DNA of 37,454 nucleotides from a virus (Duplodnaviria; Heunggongvirae; Uroviricota; Caudoviricetes): IMG/VR virus record IMGVR_UViG_2531839195_000016, positions 1 to 37,454 of that record; one strand, 5' to 3'. Shown piece by piece: positions 20,399 to 32,295 of this stretch (position 1 is its first letter; each line of letters starts with the position of its first letter). The notes under the pieces were generated by a model. It saw only the letters and a program-made list of their open reading frames with translations, ran no database searches and was not told where the DNA came from. The position numbers and the translations under genes were made by a program.

Positions 20399-20893
20399 AT
20401 GAATATGGCAGCACCAAAGGGCAACCGATTCTGGGAGGCCCGCAGTAGTCATGGGCGAAACCCTAAATTCGAATCGCCTGAGGCGCTGTGGGCTGCTTGT
20501 TGTGAATACTTCGAGTGGGCTGATGATAACCCGCTATGGGAGGGTAAGGTATTTTCATATCAGGGAGAAATAATTAAGGCTAATGTCCCTAAGATGCGAG
20601 CCATGACTATTTCAGGATTGTGTACCTTCCTTGATATCACCAGGCAAACATGGGGAACCTTCCGGTCAATGGAAGGTTTTTCTGACGTCACATCACGAGC
20701 GGAAGACATCATCTACGACCAGAAATTCTCTGGCGCAGCCGCTGACCTTCTCAACGCTAACATCATCGCCCGTGATTTGGGCCTCAAAGAGCAGTCGCAA
20801 GTTGAAGACGTGACACCTGATAAGGGAGATCGCGATAAGCGGCGCTCTCGTATCAAGGAGCTATTCAACCGTGGAACTGGACGCGATTCTTGA
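20399..20893 (+). CDS. Terminase small subunit (P22 gp3-type)
   Basis: 164-aa ORF immediately upstream of and overlapping the large terminase; ...[36 protein letters not shown]... resembles P22 gp3 (recalled). Confidence 0.65.
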   Translation: MNMAAPKGNRFWEARSSHGRNPKFESPEALWAACCEYFEWADDNPLWEGKVFSYQGEIIKANVPKMRAMTISGLCTFLDITRQTWGTFRSMEGFSDVTSRAEDIIYDQKFSGAAADLLNANIIARDLGLKEQSQVEDVTPDKGDRDKRRSRIKELFNRGTGRDS

Positions 20894-22276
20894 TAACTTG
20901 AGCGACGAAGAGCAAATCGAATTGCTCGAGCTACTCGAAGAAGAAGAGAACTACCGTAACACACACCTGCTATATGAATTTACGCCATACAGCAAACAGC
21001 GTGAGTTCATCGACGCCGGGCATGACTATCCAGAGCGCTGTTTTATGGCTGGTAACCAGCTTGGTAAGTCATTTACTGGTGCTGCTGAAGTCGCGTTTCA
21101 CCTTACCGGGCGTTATCCGGGCACAAAAGGCTATCCTGCTGATGGTAAATATGGCGGTGAGTGGAAAGGTAAGCGTTTTTATGAGCCTGTTGTCTTTTGG
21201 ATTGGTGGCGAGACAAACGAGACTGTAACCAAAACGACTCAACGCATCCTGTGTGGTCGTATCGAAGAGAATGGTGAGCCAGGCTACGGTTCCATACCTA
21301 AAGAAGACATCATTAGCTGGAAGAAGTCTCCTTTCTTTCCGAACCTTGTTGATCACCTTCTGGTTAAGCATCACACGGCTGATGGCGTTGAAGATGGCAT
21401 TTCAATCTGCTACTTCAAGCCATACTCGCAAGGTCGTGCTCGCTGGCAGGGTGACACAATCCACGGCGTGTGGTTTGACGAAGAGCCACCATACAGCATT
21501 TATGGTGAAGGCCTTACCCGTACCAACAAATACGGGCAATTCTCAATTCTGACGTTTACCCCGCTGATGGGGATGTCTGACGTTGTTACCAAGTTCCTGA
21601 AGAATCCAAGCAAGTCGCAGAAAGTGGTCAACATGACCATCTACGACGCTGAGCACTACACAGACGAACAGAAAGAGCAAATCATCGCATCTTATCCTGA
21701 GCATGAGAGAGAGGCGCGTGCTCGCGGTATTCCTACGATGGGTAGTGGTCGAATCTTCCAGATACCGGAAGAGACGATTAAGTGTCAGCCGTTCGAGTGT
21801 CCTGATCACTTCTACGTAATTGGCGGGATGGATTTCGGATGGGATCACCCGCAGGCGCAGGTTCAGCTTTGGTGGGACAAGGACGCAGACACAATATACG
21901 TTTCACGCGTGTGGAAGGCGAAAGAAAAACAGCCGTTCAGGCGTGGGGAGCCGTTAAATCATGGGCGCATAAAGTGCCAACTGCATGGCCTCATGACGGA
22001 AACCAGCACGAGAAGGGCGGCGGTGAGCAGCTCAAAGGGCAGTATGCAGACGCTGGATTTATGATGTTGCAGGAGCATGCGACATGGCCTGATGGCGGTA
22101 ACGCTGTTGAGCCAGGCATCACTGAATTGCGCGACATGATGCTCGATGGTCGCTTCAAAGTATTCAACACCTGTGAGCCATTCTTTGAGGAGTTCCGCCT
22201 CTATCACCGTGATGAAAACGGGAAATCGTCAAGCTTAACGACGACGTTCTCTCAGCCGTTCGCTATGCATACATGA
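20871..22276 (+). CDS. Terminase large subunit (P22 gp2-type), frameshifted as sequenced (ORFs 20871..22064 and 21839..22276)
   Basis: GTG start; ~470 aa total. Frames join at GAAAAAC (~21924-21930): ...[11 protein letters not shown] | (T)[49 protein letters not shown]...; the in-frame continuation after the A5 run reads as nonsense to the stop. Confidence 0.85.
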
Positions 22277-22368
22277 TGCGCCGCTTCGCCAAAATGATGC
22301 GCGACATCAAAAAACCAAAAGAGAAAAAGATACCAGCCCCAATCAGGCCCATCGCACGGAGAACTTAA

Positions 22369-24534
22369 ATGGCCGACGAAAACAGACTCAATTCCATTCT
22401 GTGTAAGTTTGACGCGGACTGGATGGCGAGCGATGAAGCCAGAACCGAGGCGACAAATGACCTGTATTTTAGCCGAGTGTCGCAATGGGATGACTGGCTA
22501 TCAAACTACACTACCCTGCAATATCGCGGACAATTCGATGTTGTTCGCCCGGTGGTCAGGAAACTGGTCGCAGAGATGCGCCGGAACCCTATCGACGTTC
22601 TCTTCCGACCCAAAGACGGCGCTAATCCTGATGCTGCCGATGTGTTGATGGGAATGTATCGTACTGATATGCGCCATAACACGGCAAAGATTGCCGTTAA
22701 CGTTGGCGTTCGTGAGCAGATAGAGTCCGGCGTTGGTGCATGGCGTCTGGTCACCCAGTACGAAGACAACGATCCAACAAGCAACAATCAGGTAATCCGA
22801 CGCCTGCCAATCCATGAAGCCTGCTCACACGTCATATGGGACGCCAACAGCAAGCAGATGGATAAGAGCGACGCTAAGCACTGCACGGTGATTAACGCTT
22901 TGTCACGCAATGGCTGGAAAGAGTTCGCAGAGGATTACGGTATTGATCCTGACACCTTGCCATCTTTCCAGAATCCGAACGATACATGGCTGTTTCCGTG
23001 GGTGTCGAATGATGTCGTCTACGTCGCTGAGTATTACGAGGTCGAAGAGAAGAAGGAGAAAGTATACATCTACCGCGACCCGCTGACAGGTGAGCCGGTC
23101 AGCTATTACCAACAGGATATCAAAGACGTCATCGACGACCTGGCTAATCGTGGATTCATTAAGGTAGCAGAGCGCAAGGTGAAGCGTCGGCGTGTGTATA
23201 AGTCGATCATCACCTGCACGCATATACTGAAAGACCGCGAGAAGATAGCTGGAGAGCATATCCCAATCGTTCCTGTGTATGGCGAATGGTCATTTGCTGG
23301 TGACAAGGAGTGCTACGAAGGTGTAGTAAGGCTGACGAAAGACGGTCAACGCCTTCGTAACATGATCATGTCATTCAACGCCGATATTGTTGCTCGTTCA
23401 CCGAAGAAGAAACCTACCTTCTTCCCTGAGCAAATCGAAGGCTACGAATACATGTACGGTGGAAATGATGACTATCCGTACTATCTCCAGAACAGGACTG
23501 ATGAAAACGGTAACGACCTGCCGATTGGTCCAATCTCCTACATGGAAAACCCTGAAGTGCCGCAAGCCAACGCTTACATGCTTGAGGCAGCCACCAACGC
23601 AGTGAAAGAGGTGGCTAGTCTTGGCGTTGATGCGCAGGCGGCAAATGGTCAGGTCGCTTTCGATACCGTCAATCAACTGAACATGCGGGCAGACCTTGAG
23701 ACATACGTGTTTCAGGATAACCTGGCTACCGCAATGCGACGTGATGGCGAGATTTATGCCTCAATGGTCAACGATATTTATGACGTTCCTCGCCATGTAA
23801 CGCTGACTCTTGAAGACGGAAGCGAGAAAGACGTTCAACTCTATGCGCAAGTTGTCGATTACCAGTCCGGCAATGTGGTCACACTCAACGACATTCGCGG
23901 TCGCTATGAGTGCTATACAGACGTTGGACCATCCTTCCAGAGCATGAAGGAACAGAATCGCGCAGAGATTCAGGAGTTGCTAACAAAGGTTCCACAAGGT
24001 ACTCCAGAGTTCCAGATGCTGATGCTGCAATACTTCACGCTGCTTGACGGTAAAGGCGTCGAGATGATGCGAGAGTACGCGAACAAGCAACTGGTGATGA
24101 TGGGGCTGAAGAAACCAGAAACACCTGAAGAGATGGAGATGGTACAGCAGGCTCAACAGCAGCCGCAGCAGCCATCAGCAGAGCAAATTCAGGCGCAGGG
24201 TATCCTTCTGCAAGGTCAGGCTGAATTGCTCAAGGCAGAGAACCAACAGGCGCAGATTCAGGTTGAAGCCGCCAAGGTTGAAGCTCAAAACCAACTCAAC
24301 GCCGCGAAGATTGCAGAAATATTCAACAATATGGACCTCGACAAGCAGGCAGAACTGCGTGAGTACCTCAAGCTCGTAGGTCAATTCCAGCAACAGCGCA
24401 GCAAAGACGCTCGCGCTAACGCTGAGCTGCTTCTTAAGGATGCAGACCAGACTCATTCACAACGCATGGATTTCGCGAATCTTATGCGTCAAGTTCAAAC
24501 CCCCTCCGGCGGAGTAGCCGAGACACCTCAATAA
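22369..24534 (+). CDS. Portal protein (P22 gp1-type)
   Basis: 721 aa; ...[78 protein letters not shown]... matches P22 portal as recalled; Gln-rich C-terminal barrel region. Confidence 0.9.
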   Translation: MADENRLNSILCKFDADWMASDEARTEATNDLYFSRVSQWDDWLSNYTTLQYRGQFDVVRPVVRKLVAEMRRNPIDVLFRPKDGANPDAADVLMGMYRTDMRHNTAKIAVNVGVREQIESGVGAWRLVTQYEDNDPTSNNQVIRRLPIHEACSHVIWDANSKQMDKSDAKHCTVINALSRNGWKEFAEDYGIDPDTLPSFQNPNDTWLFPWVSNDVVYVAEYYEVEEKKEKVYIYRDPLTGEPVSYYQQDIKDVIDDLANRGFIKVAERKVKRRRVYKSIITCTHILKDREKIAGEHIPIVPVYGEWSFAGDKECYEGVVRLTKDGQRLRNMIMSFNADIVARSPKKKPTFFPEQIEGYEYMYGGNDDYPYYLQNRTDENGNDLPIGPISYMENPEVPQANAYMLEAATNAVKEVASLGVDAQAANGQVAFDTVNQLNMRADLETYVFQDNLATAMRRDGEIYASMVNDIYDVPRHVTLTLEDGSEKDVQLYAQVVDYQSGNVVTLNDIRGRYECYTDVGPSFQSMKEQNRAEIQELLTKVPQGTPEFQMLMLQYFTLLDGKGVEMMREYANKQLVMMGLKKPETPEEMEMVQQAQQQPQQPSAEQIQAQGILLQGQAELLKAENQQAQIQVEAAKVEAQNQLNAAKIAEIFNNMDLDKQAELREYLKLVGQFQQQRSKDARANAELLLKDADQTHSQRMDFANLMRQVQTPSGGVAETPQ

Positions 24535-24547
24535 GAGAGAGTTAATC

Positions 24548-25459
24548 ATGAACCCAACCACCGACATTCAGGCTTCTGAAGAATTAACCCTGCCCGGCAA
24601 TCATGCAGCGGCATCTGCTGATGGCTTAGTTGTCGATAATGCCAACGACAACGCAGGTCAGGAAGAAGGCTTCGAGATTGTCCTGAAAGACGATGAGAAA
24701 CCAAAACAAGACCCGGCAACTAATGCTGAATTTGCCCGCCGCCGCATCGAACGCAAACGCCAGCGTGAGCTTGAGCAACAGATGGAAGCGGTTAAGCGTG
24801 GAGAGTTGCCGGAGCACCTGCGGGTGAACCCTGAGTTACCAAAACAACCAGACCCTAACGATTATCTTTCCGAAGACGCACTGGCTAAGTACGACTATGA
24901 CCAGAGCCGCGCACTGGCTGCCTTCCAGCAGGCAAACAGTGAATGGCAGATCAAGGCTATGGACGCACGAAGCCAGGCTGTAGCCGAGCAGGGCCGCAAA
25001 ACTCAGGAGTTCACCCAGCAATCAGCGCAATACGTCGAGGCAGCCCGTAAGCACTACGACGCAGCGGAAAAGCTCAATATCCCTGACTATCAGGAGAAAG
25101 AGGATGCATTCATGCAACTGGTGCCGCCAGCAGTCGGTGCCGACATCATGCGCCTCTTCCCGGAGAAATCCGCTGCTCTCATGTATCACCTTGGTGCTAA
25201 TCCTGAGAAAACACGCCAGTTGCTGGCGATGGACGGGCAATCCGCGCTGATTGAACTCACTCGACTGTCAGAACGTTTAACTCTCAAGCCTCGAGCCAAG
25301 CCTGTTTCAGAAGCCCCGTTACCTGATGAACCTATTCAGGGTCACGCTGTTGCTGCAAATATCTCTGCGATTGAAAAGCAGATGGAAGCGGCAGCAAACA
25401 AAGGGGATGTAGAGACGTACCGCAAGCTCAAGGCGCAACTGAATAAAGGAATTCGATAA
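24548..25459 (+). CDS. Scaffolding protein (P22 gp8-type)
   Basis: 303 aa, acidic helical protein between portal and coat; ...[29 protein letters not shown]... and C-terminal ...[18 protein letters not shown] resemble P22 gp8. Confidence 0.85.
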   Translation: MNPTTDIQASEELTLPGNHAAASADGLVVDNANDNAGQEEGFEIVLKDDEKPKQDPATNAEFARRRIERKRQRELEQQMEAVKRGELPEHLRVNPELPKQPDPNDYLSEDALAKYDYDQSRALAAFQQANSEWQIKAMDARSQAVAEQGRKTQEFTQQSAQYVEAARKHYDAAEKLNIPDYQEKEDAFMQLVPPAVGADIMRLFPEKSAALMYHLGANPEKTRQLLAMDGQSALIELTRLSERLTLKPRAKPVSEAPLPDEPIQGHAVAANISAIEKQMEAAANKGDVETYRKLKAQLNKGIR

Positions 25460-26754
25460 TGGCATTAAATGAAGGTCAACTGGTCACGTATGCTCTGGAT
25501 GAAATCATCGAAACCGTCCAGAACCTGACGCCAATGGCGTCCAAAGTGACAAAATACACCCCTCCGGCAGAATCCATGCAACGTTCAAGCAACACCGTGT
25601 GGATGCCTGTTGAGCAGGAAGCGCCAACCCAGACTGGCTGGGATTTAACTGGCAACGCAACCGGGATTCTGGAACTCTCCGTGAAATGCAACATGGGCGA
25701 TCCGGATAACGATTTCTTCGAGCTTCGTGCAGATGACCTGCGTGATGAGCGTTCTTACCGTCGCCGCATCCAGGCATCCGCCAAAAAACTGGCGAATAAC
25801 ATTGAGTCAGCGATTGCCAAACAGGCAACTGAAATGGGCTCGCTTGTTGTTCACGATACCCGCGCAATTGGTCCATCTACTGGCCTGTCTGGCTGGGATT
25901 TTGTGTCTGATGCAGAGCGCCTGATGTTCTCCCGTGAGCTAAACCGCGATATGGGCATCAGTTACTTCCTGAACCCTGACGATTACCGCAAAGCAGGCCG
26001 CAACCTGGTAGATGGTGACATCTTCGGGCGCGTTCCTGAAGAAGCGTATCGCAACGGTACTATTCAGCGTCAGATTGCTGGCTTTGATGAAATTCTTCGC
26101 TCACCGAAACTTCCGGCGGTTACCAAGTCAACCGCTACTGGTGTAACTGTTTCTGGTGCGCAGAAGTTTAAGCCGCAGGCATACACCCTTGATACCGATG
26201 GTAACAAAGAGAACGTCGACAACCGTGTTGCAACGGTGACCGTATCCTCCACCACCGGATTTAAGCGCGGCGACAAAATCAGCTTCACTGGTGTGAAATT
26301 CCTGTCTCAGATGGCGAAGAACGTGCTGACTGATGACGCGACTTTCTCAATCACCCGTGTGATCGATGGTACTCACATCGAAATCACGCCGAAGCCGATT
26401 GCGCTTGATGACGCTTCACTGACAAAAGAAGAGAAGGCTTACGCTAACGTAAACACCTCTCTTGCTGATACCACTCCGGTAAACGTTCTGAACGTGGCAA
26501 CAACCACCGCTAACGTGTTCTGGGCTGATGACTCAATCCGTCTGCTTTCTCAGCCGATCCCGGTAACCCATGAACTGTTTGCTGGCATGAAAACGTCTTC
26601 CTTCAGCATTCCAGGTATTGGTGTTAACGGCATCTTCGCAACGCAGGGTGATATCAACACTCTGTCTGGTAAGTGCCGTATTGCTGTGTGGTATTCAGCA
26701 TGTGCTGTACGACCAGAGGCAATTGGCGTTGGTCTGCCTAACCAGACTGCGTGA
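25459..26754 (+). CDS. Major coat protein (P22 gp5-type)
   Basis: 431 aa; ...[31 protein letters not shown]... and ...[39 protein letters not shown]... resemble P22 coat. Confidence 0.9.
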   Translation: MALNEGQLVTYALDEIIETVQNLTPMASKVTKYTPPAESMQRSSNTVWMPVEQEAPTQTGWDLTGNATGILELSVKCNMGDPDNDFFELRADDLRDERSYRRRIQASAKKLANNIESAIAKQATEMGSLVVHDTRAIGPSTGLSGWDFVSDAERLMFSRELNRDMGISYFLNPDDYRKAGRNLVDGDIFGRVPEEAYRNGTIQRQIAGFDEILRSPKLPAVTKSTATGVTVSGAQKFKPQAYTLDTDGNKENVDNRVATVTVSSTTGFKRGDKISFTGVKFLSQMAKNVLTDDATFSITRVIDGTHIEITPKPIALDDASLTKEEKAYANVNTSLADTTPVNVLNVATTTANVFWADDSIRLLSQPIPVTHELFAGMKTSSFSIPGIGVNGIFATQGDINTLSGKCRIAVWYSACAVRPEAIGVGLPNQTA

Positions 26755-26762
26755 TAACCAGA

Positions 26763-26785
26763 GGGAGCTTCGGCTCCCTTTTTTA
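26763..26785 (+). terminator. Rho-independent terminator after the coat gene
   Basis: GGGAGC-ttcg-GCTCCC followed by TTTTTTAT. Confidence 0.7.
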
Positions 26786-26798
26786 TCTGGAGACAAAC

Positions 26799-27072
<274 letters not shown>

Positions 27073-27095
<23 letters not shown>

Positions 27096-27573
27096 TTTAG
27101 TTCTTGCGGCATTACGTAAGCTCGGTGTGGCATCAAATGCCACGTTAACCGATGTAGAACCGCAGTCTATGGAAGACGGCGTCAACGACCTTGAAATGAT
27201 GATGGCTGAATGGCTTGGCGGTGATGTGTCACCTGGTATCAACGTTGGCTACATTTTCGCTGATGCAGATGTCGCTCCAGAACCGGGCGATGAGCACGGT
27301 TTATCAAATAACGCTATCAATGCCGTCATTTTCAACCTTGCCTGCCGCATTGCTCCAGATTATGCGCTGGAAGCGCCAGCAAAACTTATAACCACTGCCA
27401 GATACGGGAAAGAGCGACTCGTCAAACTGTCTGCAATGGACAGAGCAAAAGCCGCTAAATGTAAGTCCGGTTATCCAAACCGTATGCCTGTTGGTAGCGG
27501 TAACCAGTTGGCGAAGTGGAATGGTTGGAATTACTTCCACCGGAAGGAACCTTGCGATAACGGGGGCGAATAA
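27073..27573 (+). CDS. Head-completion / tail accessory protein (P22 gp4-type)
   Basis: Start placed at [33 protein letters not shown]...; resembles P22 gp4 (recalled). Confidence 0.75.
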
Positions 27574-28992
27574 ATGCCGATTCAGCAACTTCCGCTTATG
27601 AAAGGTGTCGGCAAAGATTTCCGAAACGCCGACTACATCGACTATCTGCCAGTGAATATGCTGGCTACACCCAAAGAAATACTCAACAGCAGCGGATATC
27701 TTCGCTCATTCCCGGGCATTGCCAAACGTTCTGATGTGAATGGTGTATCGCGCGGTGTCGAGTACAACATGGCGCAGAATGCTGTTTATCGCGTTTGCGG
27801 TGGCAAGTTGTATAAGGGAGAAAGCGAGGTCGGTGATGTTGCCGGAAGTGGTCGCGTATCAATGGCGCATGGTCGGACATCACAGGCGGTAGGCGTTAAT
27901 GGTCAACTGGTCGAGTATCGCTATGATGGCACGGTTAAAACCGTCTCAAACTGGCCTACAGACAGTGGATTCACTCAGTATGAGTTAGGTTCAGTTCGCG
28001 ACATTACGCGCTTACGTGGGCGTTATGCGTGGTCAAAAGACGGCACTGATTCATGGTTTATCACTGACCTTGAAGATGAATCGCATCCTGACCGCTACAG
28101 TGCACAATATCGTGCCGAGTCTCAGCCGGACGGCATCATCGGCATAGGTACATGGCGAGACTTCATCGTCTGCTTTGGCTCATCGACGATTGAATATTTT
28201 TCCCTGACAGGTGCAACCACCGTTGGTGCCGCTTTGTATGTCGCACAGCCATCGCTGATGGTGCAGAAAGGTATTGCCGGGACTTACTGCAAAACACCAT
28301 TCGCTGATTCTTATGCGTTCATCAGCAATCCGGCAACAGGTGCGCCGTCTGTATACATCATCGGCTCCGGTCAGGTGTCACCAATCGCCAGCGCGAGCAT
28401 TGAGAAAATCCTCCGCTCCTACACTGCTGATGAACTGGCTGATGGCGTGATGGAATCGCTGCGGTTTGATGCGCATGAGTTGCTGATTATCCACCTTCCG
28501 CGCCATGTACTGGTGTACGACGCATCTTCAAGCGCCAATGGTCCGCAATGGTGTGTGCTGAAAACAGGCCTGTATGACGATGTGTACCGCGCTATCGACT
28601 TCATTTACGAAGGCAATCAAATAACGTGCGGCGATAAGCTGGAGTCCGTGACCGGGAAATTGCAATTCGACATCAGCAGCCAGTACGACAAGCAACAGGA
28701 ACACCTGCTGTTTACTCCACTGTTCAAAGCGGATAACGCCAGAGTGTTCGACCTTGAGGTTGAATCGTCAACTGGCGTTGCGCAGTATGCTGACCGCCTT
28801 TTTCTCTCTGCAACCACTGACGGCATCAATTACGGGTGTGAGCAGATGATTGAGCAGAATGAACCGTTCGTTTACGACAAACGCGTTTTGTGGAAGCGAG
28901 TAGGGCGCATCAGGAAAAATGTCGGCTTCAAATTGCGCGTTATCACGAAGTCACCTGTCACTCTGTCTGGCTGCCAGATAAGGATTGAGTAA
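27574..28992 (+). CDS. Tail accessory protein (P22 gp10-type)
   Basis: 472 aa, [49 protein letters not shown]...; same size as P22 gp10. Confidence 0.8.
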   Translation: MPIQQLPLMKGVGKDFRNADYIDYLPVNMLATPKEILNSSGYLRSFPGIAKRSDVNGVSRGVEYNMAQNAVYRVCGGKLYKGESEVGDVAGSGRVSMAHGRTSQAVGVNGQLVEYRYDGTVKTVSNWPTDSGFTQYELGSVRDITRLRGRYAWSKDGTDSWFITDLEDESHPDRYSAQYRAESQPDGIIGIGTWRDFIVCFGSSTIEYFSLTGATTVGAALYVAQPSLMVQKGIAGTYCKTPFADSYAFISNPATGAPSVYIIGSGQVSPIASASIEKILRSYTADELADGVMESLRFDAHELLIIHLPRHVLVYDASSSANGPQWCVLKTGLYDDVYRAIDFIYEGNQITCGDKLESVTGKLQFDISSQYDKQQEHLLFTPLFKADNARVFDLEVESSTGVAQYADRLFLSATTDGINYGCEQMIEQNEPFVYDKRVLWKRVGRIRKNVGFKLRVITKSPVTLSGCQIRIE

Positions 28993-29840
28993 TGGCGGAT
29001 TCGAATCTCAATGTGCCGGTAATCATTCAGGCTACACGGCTCGACACATCAGTCCTTCCACGCAATATCTTCTCGCAGTCGTATCTGCTTTACGTTATCG
29101 CACAGGGCACTGATGTTGGTAACGTGGCCAACAAGGCCAACGAGGCCGGACAGGGCGCTTATGACGCACAAGTCAGGAACGATGAGCAGGATGTGATTCT
29201 CGCTGACCATGAGCAGCGAATTTCTGCTGCGGAAGCAACGCTTGTTAATCATGAGGAGCGAATCAGCCAGGCAGAATCAACTCTTCAGGAACATGAAACG
29301 CGAATCGCTCAGAATGAAAGCGATATTGCGTCGCTTGATACCAGAGTTCAGTCGCTGGAATCGCAGGTTTCAGACCATGAAACGCGCATCGATGCTCTGG
29401 AGTATGCCACTACTCGCAAGAAGTCAGAGGTTGTTTACTCTGGCGTATCTGTAACCATCCCGACAGCGCCGACCAACCTTGTTAGCCTACTGAAAACGCT
29501 CACGCCGTCATCCGGCACGTTGGCACCATTCTTCGACACCGTTAACAACAAGATGGTTGTGTTCAACGAGAACAAAACCTTGTTCTTCAAGCTGTCGATC
29601 GTCGGGACGTGGCCCAGCGGAACCGCCAACAGGTCAATGCAGCTAACCTTTTCCGGCTCTGTTCCTGATACGCTGGTCAGCAGTCGTAATGCGGCGACAA
29701 CAACCGACAACATCCTGTTAGCTACATTCTTCAGCGTGGATAAAGACGGATTTCTTGCCACAAATGGCAGTACGTTAACCATTCAGTCGAATGGTGCGGC
29801 GTTTACTGCCACAACCATCAAGATAATCGCGGAGCAGTGA
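28992..29840 (+). CDS. Tail needle (P22 gp26-type) with extended C-terminal domain
   Basis: Conserved N-terminus [43 protein letters not shown], a heptad coiled coil (...[37 protein letters not shown]...), then a ~130-aa C-terminal region not present in P22 gp26 as I recall it. Confidence 0.75.
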   Translation: MADSNLNVPVIIQATRLDTSVLPRNIFSQSYLLYVIAQGTDVGNVANKANEAGQGAYDAQVRNDEQDVILADHEQRISAAEATLVNHEERISQAESTLQEHETRIAQNESDIASLDTRVQSLESQVSDHETRIDALEYATTRKKSEVVYSGVSVTIPTAPTNLVSLLKTLTPSSGTLAPFFDTVNNKMVVFNENKTLFFKLSIVGTWPSGTANRSMQLTFSGSVPDTLVSSRNAATTTDNILLATFFSVDKDGFLATNGSTLTIQSNGAAFTATTIKIIAEQ

Positions 29841-30295
29841 TGATTCAGTTCAAACCAACGCGAAACATCGACCTGATAGAAGCCGTGGGAAATCACCCCG
29901 ACATTATCGCCGGGAGCAACAACGGTGATGGATACGACTACAAGCCTGAATGCCGTTACTTCGAGGTGAACGTGCACGGGCAGTTCGGCGGCATTGTTTA
30001 CTATCAGGAGATTCAGCCTTTGACCTTTGATTGCCACGCCATGTACCTGCCAGAGGTTCGTGGATTCAGCAAGGAAATCGGGCTGGCGTTCTGGCGATAC
30101 ATTCTGACTAACACCACCGTTCAGTGCGTCACATCGTTCGCTGCGCGCAAATTCCGCCACGGTCAGATGTACTGCGCAATGATTGGCCTTAAGCGAGTAG
30201 GAACCATCAAGAAATACTTCAAAGGCGTGGATGACGTGACATTTTACAGTGCTACACGCGAAGAACTAATCGACTTCCTGAATCACGGGAGATAG
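29837..30295 (+). CDS. P22 gp14-position protein (putative)
   Basis: 152-aa ORF between needle and ejection protein genes. Confidence 0.5.
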   Translation: MMIQFKPTRNIDLIEAVGNHPDIIAGSNNGDGYDYKPECRYFEVNVHGQFGGIVYYQEIQPLTFDCHAMYLPEVRGFSKEIGLAFWRYILTNTTVQCVTSFAARKFRHGQMYCAMIGLKRVGTIKKYFKGVDDVTFYSATREELIDFLNHGR

Positions 30296-30297
30296 CC

Positions 30298-30990
30298 ATG
30301 TTATATGCATTTAAGCTGGGCAGAAAACTGCGCGGCGAGGAACCTTATTGCCCTGAAAAAGGCGGGAAAGGTGGCAGCTCTGATAAAAGTGCAAAGTATG
30401 CAGCAGAAGCTCAGAAGTATGCCGCAGACCTGCAAAATCAGCAGTGGCAGACGATCATGAAAAACCTTGCTCCGTTCACGCCGCTTGCGGAGCAGTATGT
30501 TAACCAGCTTCAGAACCTTTCCAGTTTAGAAGGACAGGGTCAGGCACTTAATCAGTATTACAACTCTCAGCAGTATAAAGACCTTGCAGGTCAGGCTCGT
30601 TACCAGAGTCTTGCTGCTGCGGAGGCTACGGGAGGACTTGGTTCGACAGCCACAAGCAATCAACTGGCTACGATTGCTCCGACTCTCGGTCAGTCGTGGT
30701 TATCAAACCAGATGAGCAATTACAATAATCTGGCAAACGTTGGGCTTGGTGCGCTGCAAGGTCAGGCAAACGCTGGGCAGACATACGCCAACAACATGAG
30801 CAGCATTGCACAGCAAAGTGCAGCAATTGCCGCTGCTAATGCCAATAAACCATCAAGTCTTCAGACTGCAATTAGCGGTGGCACGTCTGGTGCGATTGCC
30901 GGTGCAGGTCTTGCCAGCCTTTTGGGAACATCAACACCTTGGGGCGCTGGCATTGGTGCTGGTATCGGATTGCTTGGCTCGTTGTTTTAA
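30298..30990 (+). CDS. Ejection (internal) protein, P22 gp7-type
   Basis: 230 aa, Gln/Ala/Gly-rich with C-terminal hydrophobic glycine-zipper (GAIAGAGLASLLG...GIGLLGSLF). Confidence 0.75.
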   Translation: MLYAFKLGRKLRGEEPYCPEKGGKGGSSDKSAKYAAEAQKYAADLQNQQWQTIMKNLAPFTPLAEQYVNQLQNLSSLEGQGQALNQYYNSQQYKDLAGQARYQSLAAAEATGGLGSTATSNQLATIAPTLGQSWLSNQMSNYNNLANVGLGALQGQANAGQTYANNMSSIAQQSAAIAAANANKPSSLQTAISGGTSGAIAGAGLASLLGTSTPWGAGIGAGIGLLGSLF

Positions 30991-30999
30991 GGGGTAATC

Positions 31000-32295
31000 A
31001 TGGCTACTTGGCAAGGATCAAATGGTGGATTGTTGGCTGGTATCGGCGGCGTAAACTCAAACGCTCCGAGCGTAAATGACATCGGCAATACGCTTCAGTT
31101 TATCAGGCAGAACAATGATATTGAGCGTTCAGGCGCTAACAATGTTGGGCTGACTGCTTTGCAAGGCCTTTCAGGTATTGCGGGGGTGTTTCAGCAGGAA
31201 AAGCAGGCTCAGCGGCAGAAAGAATTTCAGCAGGCATACGCTAATGCTTATGCGTCTGGTGATCGCGGTGCTTTGCGTCAGTTGGCTACTCAATATCCAG
31301 ACCAGATTGAATCCGTTCGTAAAGGCATGGGATTCATTGATGAAGAGCAGCGTAATTCTATCGGCACCTTAGCGGCTGGCGCACGCCTTGCGTCATCGTC
31401 TCCAGAAGCAATGCAATCATGGCTGCAAAACAACGCCAAGGAACTGACTCGCGTCGGCGTTGATCCTAACAACGTTGCTCAGATGTATCAGCAGAATCCT
31501 TCAGGATTTGGTGAGTTTGTTGATCACCTTGGGATGGCTGCTCTTGGTCCGATTGATTACTTCAATGTTCAGGACAAGATGGCTGGTCGTGAGATTGACC
31601 GAGGTAGGCTGGCAGAGACAATCCGCAGCAATCAGGCTGGCGAGGCACTAACAGCACGAGGTCAGGACATCCAGATACGTGGCCAGAACATCAGCGCACA
31701 GAATGCTGCTCTTTCCCGCGAAATACAAAGAGCAGAATTACAAGAAAAGGCTCTGGACAGACAGATAGCCAGAGAAAGCAATCAGTTAAAGCTTGAAGAG
31801 CTAAAGCAGAAACAGGCAGATGTTCGGCAAAAGGCTGAAATAGCTCGTGCTGACAGACAGGCCGCCGCTCAGGGCGCTGTTGATACGTTCAGCACTGCGC
31901 TTGATTCTCTCAACGAGATAGAGCAAAGCCCTGGACTTTCAAAAGCAGTTGGTATTCGCTCAGCGTTTCCGACAGTTCCTGGATCTGATGCGGCTAACTT
32001 TGAAGCAAGACTCGACACCTTTAAAGCTCAAACTTTCCTCCCTATGGTGCAGTCCCTGAAGGGGATGGGGGCTCTTTCAGATGCTGAGGGTAAAAAATTA
32101 TCCGATGCGGTTGGTGCTCTAAGTCCCAAAATGAGTGAAAAGGCTTTTCGTGACTCTATCGGAAAGATTCGAAATCAGCTTGAAAGCAAGTTGAGCACTG
32201 TTAAAAAACAGTTTGATTACCAGGAGCCGGTGCAGAATACGCCAGGGCAACAATCTCCTGCTGGCAGTAATTTTTCTTCACTATGGGGTGATTAA
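31000..32295 (+). CDS. Ejection protein, P22 gp20-type
   Basis: 431-aa ORF in gp20 position, Gln/Ala-rich. Confidence 0.7.
   Translation: MATWQGSNGGLLAGIGGVNSNAPSVNDIGNTLQFIRQNNDIERSGANNVGLTALQGLSGIAGVFQQEKQAQRQKEFQQAYANAYASGDRGALRQLATQYPDQIESVRKGMGFIDEEQRNSIGTLAAGARLASSSPEAMQSWLQNNAKELTRVGVDPNNVAQMYQQNPSGFGEFVDHLGMAALGPIDYFNVQDKMAGREIDRGRLAETIRSNQAGEALTARGQDIQIRGQNISAQNAALSREIQRAELQEKALDRQIARESNQLKLEELKQKQADVRQKAEIARADRQAAAQGAVDTFSTALDSLNEIEQSPGLSKAVGIRSAFPTVPGSDAANFEARLDTFKAQTFLPMVQSLKGMGALSDAEGKKLSDAVGALSPKMSEKAFRDSIGKIRNQLESKLSTVKKQFDYQEPVQNTPGQQSPAGSNFSSLWGD

Noticed and set aside
22501..23676. Several 90-120-aa minus-strand ORFs inside the portal gene
   Set aside because: Antisense to a conserved long gene; typical spurious ORFs in GC-balanced coding sequence.
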